The notes beneath the pieces were generated by a model that worked only from the letters and a program-made list of their open reading frames with translations, was not told the origin of the DNA and made no database searches. Below, one piece after another: positions 46,877-59,938 of a stretch of 64,000 nucleotides of DNA. A program made the translations under genes and the position numbers. Within the stretch, counting starts at the first letter, position 1. Every line of letters begins with the position of its first letter. The stretch lies in contig OZ193909.1 in assembly GCA_964276515.1 (NCBI GenBank), positions 20,832,001-20,896,000 of the forward strand. The letters are read 5' to 3'. The stretch is from Gordius albopunctatus (taxonomy: Eukaryota).

Positions 46877-49307
46877 CAATAATAATAAAGAGCGAAGATG
46901 ACCATCTTCTTCTTTATCAGTTATTTGGTCCCACATTGGTGGGGTTTGTTTTGATGAGTCTCTTCCATCTTGATCGGGTTAGTGCCATGTCTTGACGAAT
47001 CTCTTTAGTTTCCATAACTTTATCGACTTGCCTTTTCCACGTGACACGGGGTCGTCCTCTTCCTCTCTTCCCCGGTATTTTCATGTCTAGCACTTTTCGA
47101 TTTACGTCATCCGGGTCCCTTCTTTGTATATGCCCATACCACCTTAGCCGATTTTCGTTAATCATGTCCGCCATAGGTTGAATACCCATTTTTGTCATGA
47201 GAAAGTCATTCGTCATATGGTCGAGCTTAGTATACCCCAAGCTCCACCGTATCATTCTCATCTCCGTGGCTTGTAATAACTTTCCTTCCGTGGTGTTTAA
47301 TGCCCATGTTTCACTTCCATAGAGTAACACCGGTCTTACGATGGATTTGTAAGCTTTGCTCTTCAACCATATTGGCATTTTCTTGTCGCACATTACACCG
47401 GATATACTTCGCCATTTAAGCCATCCTTTTTGAATCCGGGCATTGATTTCAGTTGCGCAACCTCCCTCTTGATGTAGCATAGAGCCGAGGTAATTAAACC
47501 TGTCTACTTTTGGGTATTTTAGGTGGTCATCCAGCGATGGGGTGGTTGTACCGTTCATTTCCATGTATACCGTTTTTCGATCGTTGACCTTTAAAACATA
47601 TCCAGCTAAGCGCTTTGACCACTTTTCTGCTTCTTCGAATACCTTCTCCCTTGTTTCCTCACATAGTACTATATCATCGGCATATAGCATACACCATGGC
47701 GATGGCTTTTGAAAGTCCCTCGTTATCGTGTCTATAATTATATTAAATAAAAAGGGACTTAAAGCAGAGCCTTGATGTAATCCAATATTAACCCAAAAAG
47801 GTTTAGAGTCTCCAACTGTCGTCCTAACGCAAGAGTTTGAGGCTTCATAGATATTTTTCATAAGCCGTATATATAGGTCAGGGATATTTTGTTTCCTCAG
47901 GCACCACCATATTAAATCGCGGGGGACCGTGTCATAAGCCTTCTCCAAGTCGATAAAAACCATATGTAGGTCTTTCCTCTTTTCACCATACTTATCCATC
48001 ATTTGTCTTAGGGCGAAGATTGGGTCGATTGTGGATTTGCCGGCCACGAATCCGAATTGATTAGCCGATATTTCCACCTCGTTTTTCAGCCTTGTTACTA
48101 AGATCCTTTCCAAAAGCTTCAAGGAGTGGCAAGTTAGCTTGATACCTCTGTAATTGCCGCAGTCCTGAGTGTCTCCTTTTCCTTTGAATAAGGGTATAAT
48201 CGTGCTTGCTCTCCACTGATTAGGGATTCGCTCTTCTACCAATATCTTGTTAAGGAGGTTCGTCATGGTGGTGACTCCTTCTTCACGACATCCGAGCAAT
48301 GCTTCCATAGGTATTCCATCTGGGCCATTTGCTTTTCCTTTTTGCATCTTGTTCATTTGTGTCCTAACTTCATCCTTCTGAAAAAGTTCGACCATAGTTA
48401 TATTTGGCTCAATTTCGGGAAGGGAATCCTTGTAATTTGCAATATTCATAAGTTTCTTAAAATATCCTTTCCACCTTTCCATCACTTCCTTCGACTTGAA
48501 TAAGGTTTGACCCTTCTCGCTTTTGACTATTTTAAGAACTCCGACATCTCGACTTTTCTTCTCCCTTATCTTGGCCAATTTGTACATAAGCCTATCGCCC
48601 CCTTTATGATCCAGATTGTTTGCCATCTCGGTGTACGCAGCATTCTTCGCTTTTGCAACGGCCTTTTTTGCGGCCCTCTTTGCGTCCCTGTACTCTTGAT
48701 AATTCTCCGACTTTTTTTGATTTATGCCACCGTCTATATAGATTTTTCTTTATTTCGATGAAATCTTTAACCGATTGATCCCACCACCATAGTTCCCTAT
48801 TCATAGCTTTGCCTCCTTTGGTCTGTCCTAGAACACGAATCGCTGTTTCCTTAATGTCCTTAGATAGTGTTTCCCAATCTTCGTCTACGTCCCTTTGCAA
48901 CTTCCTTGCACCCAAGAGTGAGGAGGCTTTTTGATGGTATTCTTCGTTCGTCGACGTATCCTTTAGCCTTTCGTATCGAATTCGAGGTTCATATACCTTT
49001 CTTCCTTCGGAAAATACTCTTCTGTCAAGATCCATAACAAGGGACGATGTTGCCTGGCGATTTCTTCTCCCGGTATTACTTTGCAATCTTTGATACTCCA
49101 TAAGTCCTTTCGCCGTATAAGCAAATAGTCGATTTGACTAAAATGCTTCCCACTTCTATAGGTCACAATATGATCTTCGCGCTTTTGAAAATAGGTGTTA
49201 ACGATCGCCATGTCATATGCTTGGGATACTTGGAGAAGTTTTTCCCCTTCTTTGTTCTTCAGACCATGCCCATAGCCTCCATGATTGCGTTCATACCCGA
49301 GGCGATC
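46877..49307 (-). mobile_element. RTE-clade LINE copy 1 (5' part deleted, RT intact)
   Basis: 569-aa ORF with NYRGIKL, QFGF, FIDLEKAYD, GLHQGSALSP, YADD, YLGS, RLRWYGH, GKRGRGRP. Frameshifted AP-endonuclease end (NTYF..QIDY) upstream; short 3' UTR ending in (TTA)n. Confidence 0.95.
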
Positions 49308-50259
49308 TTTCGCCGATAGCGATCGGTCTCAATGATTTGTTTGGTTTTTCGATAGCAAGTAACTTTGCCCCAAAGACTATTGATCGTACTTCCTGGGTAA
49401 TGTTGCCATTAAGGATTAGATTGCGAACATTTGTTAGGGCAAATAGTAAAACTGGAGAGTTGATGTTTTCGACTTTTATAAGATCTTGAAGATAGATTGG
49501 TTTAATGCCATCCAAACCTGCAGCAGAATCCATGGGAAAGGAATGGATAGCTTCACTTATATCTGAGGACTCTAGAGTTATGCTGGATGGCGTAAGAGGG
49601 AAGGTATATTGTGAGTAATGTTTGGGATGTTTTGCTAGGAGCTGTTGATATGATTCCTGACTAGGGGTTACAATTGGATTGTTTTTCTCTAAAAGTCTCA
49701 TGGCTCTTTTTATATTAAATGAGTGAATTTTCCTGGATATCCTAGTTGCTGTTTGTTTTGGAGTTGAAGATATTAATTTTCCTTTATCAGGTGTATAATC
49801 TGCTAGTGTATTATTAATGTCAAAGTGGGGCCAAAATATGATAAGAGAATTTGATTAATTTTTCCCATGCAACAATGTTGTGTGGATCACTTATGATAGT
49901 ATTTAGCAAGTTTATTAGAAATTTTTGCAAACAAGGTCGTGCTCCTCTTGGAATTCTTGAAATTGTGGGGGTGAAGCCATGTGTCAAAAGGACTTTACTC
50001 CATGTTGAATCCAGAGACTCATCACTGTAATAAACATTATTAGGGGTAGCTGGGAATGTATTAGAGTTAGGTATAATGTCAATATTATTATTAGGTTCAA
50101 TTTCTAGTGCTGTAGGAGGACATATTATGTTTGGGGGAGCCAGCTTACCAGATGAAGGGCATTTAACTGATAATGGGCCATGGGGGACAAAACAATTTTT
50201 TTTGTTTAAACAAATTTTTCTCTTACATGTATAGGGCAGAGAGATTTAAGTGCTACCAT
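49308..50259 (-). mobile_element. CRE-type retrotransposon, 5' portion of ORF
   Basis: ATG at 50259, a frameshifted CxxC...HGP...CPSSG zinc finger, ISRIPRGAR, SFPMDSAAGLDG and LLAIEKPNKSLRPIAIGE. Confidence 0.85.
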
Positions 50260-52214
50260 GGGTGTAAGATGACAAATAAAGATTAATAAGAATTTCAAAC
50301 GTGCAAGATTGAGATTTACAGGGTATGTCTTATATTGGTATTATACCTTTATGTAATAACATAAGTTTGTTTGTTCTCAGATTTAAGTGGTATACAGCTA
50401 TACAGCAAAGGTAAAAGGTTGTTATGCAATATAAATTTAACCCTTTAAGGTGAGATTAGGGAGTTCATAAATGAGCACAGTAAAATTTAAATTTTAAAGC
50501 TGTATGATTTATAGGAATTTCGCAAGTTTAATAATACAAAAGAGTATATGGGAAAGTATTATTAATTGTATAATATTGGAGAAAAAAATGGCTCAAAGGA
50601 TTCAATAAAGGTCATATTAAAACTTGTAAGGTATACATTGCTTACCTTTTGTGATATGGAAACATTATAAAGTGTTTGTAAACATGGATCTTCTTCTGGT
50701 AATAAATAAATATTGTGGAAATGTGAGATATATCTGGGATAACTAGCTTTGATTAATGGATCCACATGATATATGGTTGTTGCTGCTGATGGTAATTAAA
50801 CATATTAAGTCGCGGGGGACCGTGTTGGTTCCAAGCAAGTACCCCCCCCCCCCCCCCTTAAGTTCTTACATCCCGAAAAAACGAGTTCAAGTTCTACTCA
50901 TTTTAAAAGTTCTATTTTTTAAAATATTATATGAGTATAAATATTCATCTTTTAAATCATAACAATAACCAACTCTAAGCAACTATAGTGGTTTAATGAA
51001 GGATTGTAATTATGTTATTCTTTATCTTATAAGGTTTGCAAATTTTATAATTTTTCTAAACCTAAAATTAATTGAAGATATATATTATTGATTTTTCTTC
51101 AATTAAAAATCATTAGTAATTGATTTAATGTCAATGGATATAAATTAAAGTGATATTTCATTCTACAATAAAAAACGCCTGCTGTAGTTACTGTGATGAA
51201 TTAATTATGACTAATTGACTTCATATTACAAATCAAACCCTTTGTTAATTGCATTATACGTCAGGATAAAGTAACTTAGAAAGTCATTAGGTGTAAAGAT
51301 CCCAGAAACATCGAATTTAAGGGCTCAAATAAAACGTAAAAGTCCATATATTTTAAATATTAATTTAAAGGCTTGCATATTATAATTAATTATGAAATAA
51401 AAACGAGTTAAACAAACGGGTTGACCCTTAATACCAACCCAGATGGGATAAATGATTAGACCAATTGAGGATGAAATAATTTGTACTTAAATGATTTGGC
51501 AGTTGATTTTAGAAGAAAGTTATAAAAAGACAATATAATAATTTAATCATCCCGACTTGGCTGGAGGCACTGTTCCAAGACCCTGTCTGTTCTTTTTATG
51601 TTTAGCTTCTAACTAGTCTTGTCGATACCTAGCAAAAGTTTAATATACTATTGCAATAGCTGATATCGGAGCCATCAAACAAAAACGACATTAAATTAGA
51701 ACACTGACTGGCACTTGTATTCATTGTTTAATAGTGGTAAATTTGGATTGATGAAATGAATAGAGGAAGATATTTCGGCCTAATAAAGCCCATCTTCAGG
51801 AATAAATTGCTATTTCCCTCTACTCATTTACACTATCGAATCTTACCTCGATTAAACAAATAAAAATTGCAAATATTGACAATAATTCATTTCATTCAAA
51901 TAACTTAATTCTCAATAAAAAGCTATATTACAAGATTTTAGATACGCTCGTTAAAAAATTTAATAAATAGATTTTTATATAAACTGAAATATAAAGCTAC
52001 CTACGACGGTCCCAAGTGCGTGTGCAAAAAGTGGAGGCTTGGCGTCAGGTCGGAAACCGGATATAAAAACCAACTCCAAAATTATGATAATTTCAAACAA
52101 AATTTTCCAAGAAAAGGGCTAGGGCGTCCTCTACAAACGACGCGCACTGCATACCCCGCCCGAGGAATGTGAAAAATACACTAGGGTTACTGCCCAACTC
52201 ACAACAAAGGCGGT

Positions 52215-52999
52215 TTTTATATATTCATATCAACGAAAAGTTTTTTTTTTATTATTCTTTCCATCTAGCGATTCATGATGATATACATATATATTCCATA
52301 ATATCTTGCATATTTATGACATAAGGTTAACATATATATCATATTGGGTTTCTTCCAAAATCTTTCTGTATCTTGATATTGCTCATACCAGAAGATTGAT
52401 TAATGGTGCATGGATGTCATTAGAAGCTTCATTACGAGATGTACACATTATAATTTTAGTGGAGGATTTTATTACTAGCATTTAATTTTATTTTGTCAAA
52501 GGGTTTATAACGTTATAATTTACTATCGACATATGCCACACCTCCCCTTTTTAATAGCTGATCACTGCCTTTGCAGATTACCTGCCAAAGTCATAGCAGC
52601 TAACGGGGTGACCAAAGCACTACCAATGATAGTTGTTGCCAACCCAATGGTTTGTACCTCGGGTGTAACCACAATTTTATATATTTATATCAACGAAAAG
52701 TTTTTTTTTATTATTCTTTCCATCTAGCGATTCATGATGATATACATATATATTCCATAATATCTTGCGTATTTATGACATAAGGTTAACATATATATCA
52801 TATTGGGTTTCTTCCAAAATATTTCTGTATCTTGATATCGCTCATACCAGAAGATTGATTAATGGTGCATGGATGTCATTAGAAGCTTCATTACGAGTTG
52901 TACACATTATAATTTTAGTGGAGGATTTTATTACTAGCATTTAATTTTATTTTGTCAGAGGGTTTATAACGTTATAATTTACTATCGACATATGCCACA
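52215..52999 (-). mobile_element. Miniature non-coding LTR retrotransposon (TRIM-like)
   Basis: Direct repeats 52215-52540 and 52675-52999, a 134-bp interior and a 5-bp TSD GCGGT (52210-52214, 53000-53004). Minus-strand polypurine tract AAAAAGGGGAGG abuts the TG start of the 3' LTR; a TGG-starting candidate PBS follows the 5' LTR. Confidence 0.88.
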
Positions 53000-54696
53000 G
53001 CGGTTAAGGAAATTACTTTTTAAAAGAATGCGAATAACGTGTTGGAATGTAGGAAAGTTGACGGGGAAGAGCATCGAGGTCGCACAAATGCTGAAAAGAA
53101 GAAAGGTACACATTGCCTGTCTACAAGAGACGAGGTGGAACGGAACCAAAGCCGGGAGTTAGGAGAAGGCTACAATCTATTCTACAGTGGGTCACTCGTT
53201 CTAAGCGAATCGTTCAAGGACAAGGTGGTGGAAGTCAAGCGTTGTTTTGATAGGCTAATGTGGGTGAAGGTTGCAGATCAAAAGGGCCTCCTAACCGTTA
53301 TGTGCGCGTATGCTCCCCAAATTGGTGTTCGGAATCAGAGAAAGACATATTCTTCGATTTATTGGAAAAACAAATACAAGGAATAGGACAGGAAGGAAGG
53401 TTAATTATTGGGGCAGATTTCAACACTCACGTAGGGAAAGATCGCCTCGGGTATGAACGCAATCATGGAGGCTATGGACATGGTCCGAAAAACAAAGAAG
53501 GGGAAAAACTTCTCCAAGTATCCCAAGCATATGATGTGGCGCTCGTTAACACATATTTTCAAAAACGCGAAGATCATATTGTGACCTATAGAAGTGGGAA
53601 GCATTTTAATCAAATTGACTATTTGCTTATACGGCGATAGGATTTATGAAGTATCAAGAATTGCAAAGTAATACCGGGAGAAGAAATCGCCAGGCAACAT
53701 CTTCCCCTTGTTATGACTCTTGACAGAAGAATAATTACCAAAAAAAGAAAGGTATATTAACCTCGAATTCGATACGAAATGCTAAAGGATACGTCGACGA
53801 ACGAAGAATACCATCGAAAAGCCTCCTCACTCTTGGGTGCAAGGAAGTTGCAAAGGGACGTAGACGACGAATGGGAGACGCTATCCAAGGACATTAAGGA
53901 AAAGGCGATACGTGTTCTAGGACATACCAAAGGAGGCAAAGCTATGAATAAGGAACTATGGTGATGGGATAAATCGGTTAAAGAGTTCATCAAAGGAAAG
54001 AAAAATGTATATAACGGTGGCATAAATCAAAAAAGTAGGAGGATTCTCAAGAATATACAAACGCAAGGAGAGCCGCAAAAAAGGCCGTTGCAAAAGTGAA
54101 GAATGCCACGTACACATAGATGGCAAACAAACTGGATCATAAAGGGGGCGATAGGCTTATGTACAAATTGGCCAAGATAAGAGAGAAGAAGAAAGGTCGA
54201 GATGTCGAGTTCTTAAAATAGTAAAAAACGAGAAGGTTCAAACTTATTCAAGCTAAAAGAAGTGATGGAAACATGGAAAGGATATTTTAAGAAACTTATA
54301 AATATTGCAAATGACAAGGATTCCCTTCCAAAAATCGAGCCAAAATAGCAAGCACGATTATACCCTTATTTAAAGGCAAAGGAGACCCTCAGGACTGCGG
54401 CAATTACAGTGATATCAAGCTAATTTGCCATTCCTTGAATCTTATGGAAATGATCTTAGTAACAAGGCTAAAAAACGAGGCGGAAATATCGGCTAATCAA
54501 TTTGGATTTGTGGCCGGCAAATCCATAATCGACCAAATCTTCGTACTAAGACAAATGATGGATAAGTATGGTGAAAAGAGGAAAGACCTTCATATGGTTT
54601 TTATCGACTTGGAGAAAGCTTATGACACGGTCCCCCGCGATTTAATATGGTGGTGCCTCAGGAAACAAAATATCCCTGACGCATATATACGGCTTA

Positions 54697-54945
54697 GGGC
54701 TTGTCTTAATATCGGATTTTGCTTCGCAGCAAAAATCGTTGTACGGGTTAAAACATAGCCGTGCCTAAACTCCGAATTCACAGCAGATTTTCATTTCAGA
54801 CGCATAATATAGCAGCGATTAATCTCAAGAGCAAAAAACAAAATATTAATAATCAAAACCGAGTCTGGCACATGAAATTGAATCGAATATTTGGTAAAGA
54901 TAAATTCGCGCCATTTGAATCTGAATCCGATATTAAGACAAGCCC
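54697..54945. mobile_element. PIF/Harbinger (Tourist-like) MITE inside RTE copy 2
   Basis: 22-bp TIR GGGCTTGTCTTAATATCGGATT and TTA duplication (54694-54696, 54946-54948). The empty site is visible in RTE copy 1 (CGGCTTATGAAA). Confidence 0.92.
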
Positions 54946-55465
54946 TTATGAAAAGTATTTATGAAGCCTCAAACTCTTGCGTTAGGACGACAGTTGGAGA
55001 CTCTAAACCTTTTCGGGTTAAAATTGGGTTTCATCAAGGATCTGCTTTAAGTCCCTTTTTATTTAATATAATTATAGACAGATAACCAGGGACTTTCAGA
55101 AGCCATCGCCATGGTGAATGCTATATGCCGATGATATAGTACTATGCAAGGAAACAAGGGAGAAAGTATTCGTAAAAGCCAAAAAGTGGTCAAAGTGCTT
55201 AGCTGGATATGGTTTAAAGGTCAACGATCGAAAAACGGTCTACATGGAAATGAACGGTACAAGCACCCCATCGCTGGATGACCATCTAAAGTACCCACAT
55301 GTAGGCAGGTTTACTTACCTCGGCTCGATGCTACATCAGGACGGAGGTTGCGCAACGGAAGTCAATTCCTGGATCCAAAAAGGATGGCTTAAATGGCGAA
55401 GTATATCCGGTGTAATGTGCGACAAGAAAATGCCAATATGGTTGAAGAGCAAAGCTTACAAATCC

Positions 55466-57310
55466 CATAAAACCCTCCTTAGCCGTTAAGCTCTGCCCTC
55501 ATTAACTCGGCTTCGGAATTAAAGGCGGCTGTGAGGCAGCCAGCCATGCTGGCCAGACCATACTTCAAAATATTCCTACCGAGTCCTGCTTTGTTAAATT
55601 AGATTTTGCCAATGCTTTTAACAGCATTCGAAGAGAAACCCTTATTAACATTCTTTTAGCTGAATTCCCACAATTTTTAAATTACATTTTATTAAGCTAT
55701 GGTCGATTCGGCGAATACGTCATTGACTCGTCCGAAGGCATCCAAAAAGGAGATCCATTAGGGCCTCCTTTGTTTTGTTTAGTCATTCATAATTTAGTCG
55801 AGGCTATATCATCTCAGTGTACCCTGGATTTAAATTTTTGATATCTCGACGACGCCACCCTATGTGGCCGCCCGGAGGAGATTAGTAAAGCTATAGAAAT
55901 TATCAACAATTTTGAACTTACTTTAAATCTTAAATTAAACTCGAAAAAATGTGAAATCTTTCAGGCCCCCAACACTATTGACTTTCCAATTTTTAAAACT
56001 TTTTTAGTTTTAGAGAAAGAAAACATATCCCCTTTGGGATCACCCATTGTCGCTGAAAAATCTCTCTTAAATTTTCTTCATAAGAACCTTGAAATTTTAA
56101 AACCTAAAACGGAACTTTTAAAATGCTTGCCAGCGCATCACTCATTTTACATAATCAAAAACTATTTTAACATTTGAAAGATTAATCATTGTTTTCGCTC
56201 ACCTGGCGGATTTTTACACCCAGACGTTTTAAAGTCGTACGAAGGCCTTTTAAAAACTTTATTAGAAAATTTTTTAAATTTAAACAATTGAATTCAAGCA
56301 TCCCTCCCAACCATATCTGGAGGATTAGGGATTCGCCCTCCCGGCAGCATATCGCTAGCCGCTTTTATTTCCTCTTTTAAGTCGGTCAAAAACTTAATTT
56401 TTAATCTCACAAAACATGATTCCGACCCTCTGCCAACTCAAGCCTTGGAGCTTTGGAATTTGAATGTCACACCCGTGATCATTCAACCACAAAGTACGAG
56501 ACAAAAGGATTTGGATTCTGGACTAGTATCGCGCTCCGTTGATTACCTTTTATTGAGCAGCGATGATAGCCAGCATTACAACCTTAGGTGCATCGCTTTT
56601 GATGGTTCCGGTCACGAGTGGCTTGAAGCCTATCCCAGCAAACTTTTGGGATTGCTGCTTGAAGTTGAGCTATCATATTCCATAGCTTTAAGGTTGGGAA
56701 TTAGTTACAGCAGAGAATTCAACTGTCAAAATTGTCTTACTGTTGTAGACGAATATGCTAGGCACCCTCTACACTGCCTAGAAGACAAATATAAATATGT
56801 TAGGCACACTAAAGATAATTTATTAATTCAAGCTGCCTTAAAAAGGCAAAAATCCCCTCAATCCTTGAGCCGTCAGATCCCTCTCTTGAAGGTAGGATGC
56901 GCCCTGACGGCTCTTCTCTAGTCTCCTGGCAAAATGGCCTATCCCTCAAATGGGATTTTACTTGTATTGACCTTTTTGCCCCTTCCCATTTTAATCACGA
57001 CCCTATCGCTACAGCAGAAGGGCGTAAAACTACAAAGTATTCTCCCTTTTGGCATCCAATATTTTTATCCCTGTCGTTGCCTCGTGCTCCGGTTCCTTTG
57101 GCAAACAGGCAATGCGATTTTTTAAAGAAATCGGAAAAAGCACCCCGAAATCTAAAATTTCTGCGTCCTTTTTACTCAGGCAAAAACTAGTGATTCTTGT
57201 TGCACAATAAAACTTTAAATACTTTGCTAATATCAATATGTCTTTATTTTTGTATTTCGCTTATTTATGTAACTTTGTTTCGTGAAAATAAACTTTTTAA
57301 CCATAAAAAA
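55466..57310 (+). mobile_element. 5'-truncated CRE-type retrotransposon inserted in RTE copy 2
   Basis: LGFGIKGGCEAA, LDFANAFNSI, GIQKGDPLGP, YLDD and the RLE domain; A-tail at 57305-57310; TSD ACAAATCC (55458-55465, 57311-57318). Confidence 0.92.
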
Positions 57311-57488
57311 ACAAATCCATCGTAAGACCGGTGTTACTCTATGGAAATGAAACATGGGCATTAAACACCACGGAAAGAAAGCTATTACAAGCCTCAGAGA
57401 TGAGAATGATACGGTGGAGCTAGGGGTATACTAAGCTCGACCATATGACGAATGACTTTCTCGTAACAAAAATGGTTATTCAATCTAT

Positions 57489-59938
57489 ATTTCTGTTGCG
57501 CAACCTCCCTCTTGATGTAGCATCAAGCCGAGGTATGTAAACCTGTCTAGAATTTTTTTTTTTAAATTGACATGCTTTATTAAATAAAAAGTATTAAATA
57601 TTGAGTGGAATTAATAAAAAGATACAAGAACGAAAACATTTATATAAAAAAATGATTAAAACTCAATATCCGTTTCTTCATCTTTGAGAATGGGCATTGA
57701 ATCCATCAAAGAATAAAAATTAGATTTAGCGATCGCGATGGCAATTGATTGTCGTAGTAAAAAACTATTTGATATTTTACAAGGGGCGAGCGTTTATTGA
57801 GTTCTTTAAAAAAATTTAATGCGCTCTTCCCAAATGTCCCTGAGCACAATGAGACGATAGGAATAAAAATCAAAGTTTGGGATAAAGCTGAATATTTTAA
57901 GGATTTCCGATGCTCTGCCGATCCAAGGGGGTCGTGAGTATTGTTGGAAGGGGCAAAAAGGTCTATACAGGTGTAGTCCCATTTCAGGAAAAGGCCTTTG
58001 TCCCATGGGATAAGGGACGAACCGTCCGGGCGCATCCGCCCTTCGAGAGAGGGATCTGAAGGTTCAAGGATCGAAGGGACTTTTGCCCGTTTGAGGGCAG
58101 CTTGAAGCAGTGTATTTATTTTTTGGTGCCTACCATACCGGCTTTTGTTAAATTTACAATGCAGAGGGTGACGTGCTTCCTCATCTACAAGTGAATTACA
58201 AAGCAGGCAGGGGTATGAGGACGTGTATTTACAGCCCAAGCGGATGGCTATATTGTAGGACAGGGTAGGATTCTCCAAAAACATACCCGAAAACTTACTA
58301 GGGTAAGCTTCAAGCCATTCATGTCCGGATTGGTCGAAAGCCAATGACCTAAGGTTGCAATGCTGTTTGGAGTCGCATGTCGAGAGAAGGTAAGCAACGG
58401 ACCGCGACACCAAGCTTGCATCCAAATCTTTTTGAGCGTATGATTGTGGTATATTAGCTCCTACATTGACGTTCTCATTCCATAAGGATAGGGCTTGATT
58501 TATGGAGGGATTAAGTGGGAATGGGACAAGGTCGTTAATATGATGTTTAAAAGATAGAGAGGAAGAAATAAAGGCGGCTAGGGAAATCGCAGATGGTGAG
58601 CGAATACCAAAGCCACCGGATTTTGTGGGAAGTGTGGCTTGAAGCCAAGTATTCGTGTTAAAGGAAATATTTAAAATTGATTCAAGCGTGGATTTAAAAA
58701 AGTTTTCATAGTCGTGTAAAACTTCTTTAAATAAAAAAGCTTGCGTGGAGCGGAAGCAGAATAAAATTTTGCTAATGTTGTAATAATTTTTTATAATATA
58801 AAAAGAATGATGAGATGGCATAGATTTAAAAATGTCTAATTTGGTTTTTAAAGAAGAGAGATTTTTGTCTAAAATTTTTTAAGGCACTGGGGTCCCCCGA
58901 TAGGTGCGCCTAAAACATACAAATTGTCTTTTTTAATTTTGGCAAAGTCAAAAAACTTTGGGTGAATATTATCCAAGTCAGAATATATTTCACTTTTAGA
59001 GGCGTTTAAACATAAGTTTAGAGTGGGGAAAAAAGCATGTATTACATCTAGTGCTTGGGCTAGGTTGTCAGGGGTCCCAACAAGAGTGGCGTCATCAAGA
59101 TACCAGACATTAAGAGTGAGTTTACAATGTTTGTTAATTTCGTTAATTAGGTGATTTATGGCCAAGCAGAATAAAGGGGGGCCTAGAGGATCGCCTTGTT
59201 GGATCCCTTCTGCGGATTAGAGGAAGAATTCTCCAAATTTCAAAATCGAAGGGCATCCATAACTTAAAATGATGTAGTTGGTGTAGTGGGGAAACAGTTT
59301 GACGAGAGATGATCCACCAGCGATGGGCTGTCTGTAAAGTTCATTTTCATGTATACCGTTTTTCGATCATTGACCTTTAAACCATATCCAGCTAAGCGCT
59401 TTCACAAATTTTCCGCTTCTTCGAAGACTTTTTCCCTTGTTTCCTCGAATAGTACTATATCATGAGCATATAGCATACACCATAACGAGGGCTTTTGAAT
59501 GTCCCTCGTTATCGTGTCTATAATTATAGTAAAAAGGGACTTAAAGCAGATCCTTGTTGTAATCCAATTTTAACCCGAAAAGGTCAAGAGTCTCCAACTG
59601 TCGTCCTAACGCAAGAGTTTGAGGCTTCATAAATATTTTTCATAAGCCTTATAAATGGGTCAGGAATATTTTGTTTTTTTAGGCATTAACATATTAAATC
59701 GCGAGGGACCGTGTCATAAGCTTTATCCAAGTCGATAAAGACCATATGTAGGTTTCTTCTCTTTTCACCATATTTATCCATCATTTGTCTTAATGCAAAG
59801 ATTGGATCGATTGTGAATTTGCCGTCTACAAATCTGAAGTGGTAAGTCAATAATTCCATCTCGTTTTTCAGCCTTGTTACTAAGATCCTTTCCATATGTT
59901 TCAAGGAGTGGCAAGTTAGCTTGATACCTCTGTAATTA
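57489..59938 (-). mobile_element. RTE-clade LINE copy 3 (fragment) split by a CRE insertion
   Basis: 59938-59309 aligns by eye with RTE copy 1 (NYRGIKL to SLDD region) and continues at 57549-57489. Confidence 0.88.
57553..59308 (-). mobile_element. 5'-truncated CRE-type retrotransposon (different subfamily) inserted in RTE copy 3
   Basis: GIQQGDPLGP, WYLDDATL and a 371-aa ORF with QATLP..GGFGIR, CLLC..HPLHC, RPDG, WDYTC, EHRKSLKY. The poly(A) tail is the T-run at 57553-57563. Confidence 0.92.

Larger units (their letters stand above)
51999..57489 (+). mobile_element. RTE-clade LINE copy 2 (retains 5' end, decayed, three nested insertions)
   Basis: 5' leader GACGGTCCCAAG..; ORF start at 53028 MRITCWNVGKLTGK..CLQETRW (AP endonuclease); RT motifs with stops, frameshifts and an internal deletion near 54346. 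Resumes at 57311 after a CRE insert and ends abruptly at ~57489. Confidence 0.92.

Noticed and set aside
45575..50259. Functional chimeric retrotransposon with RTE RT replacing CRE RT
   Set aside because: The junction leads to a stop within a few codons, and unrelated sequence separates the RTE tail from the CRE remainder; nested insertion plus deletion is simpler.
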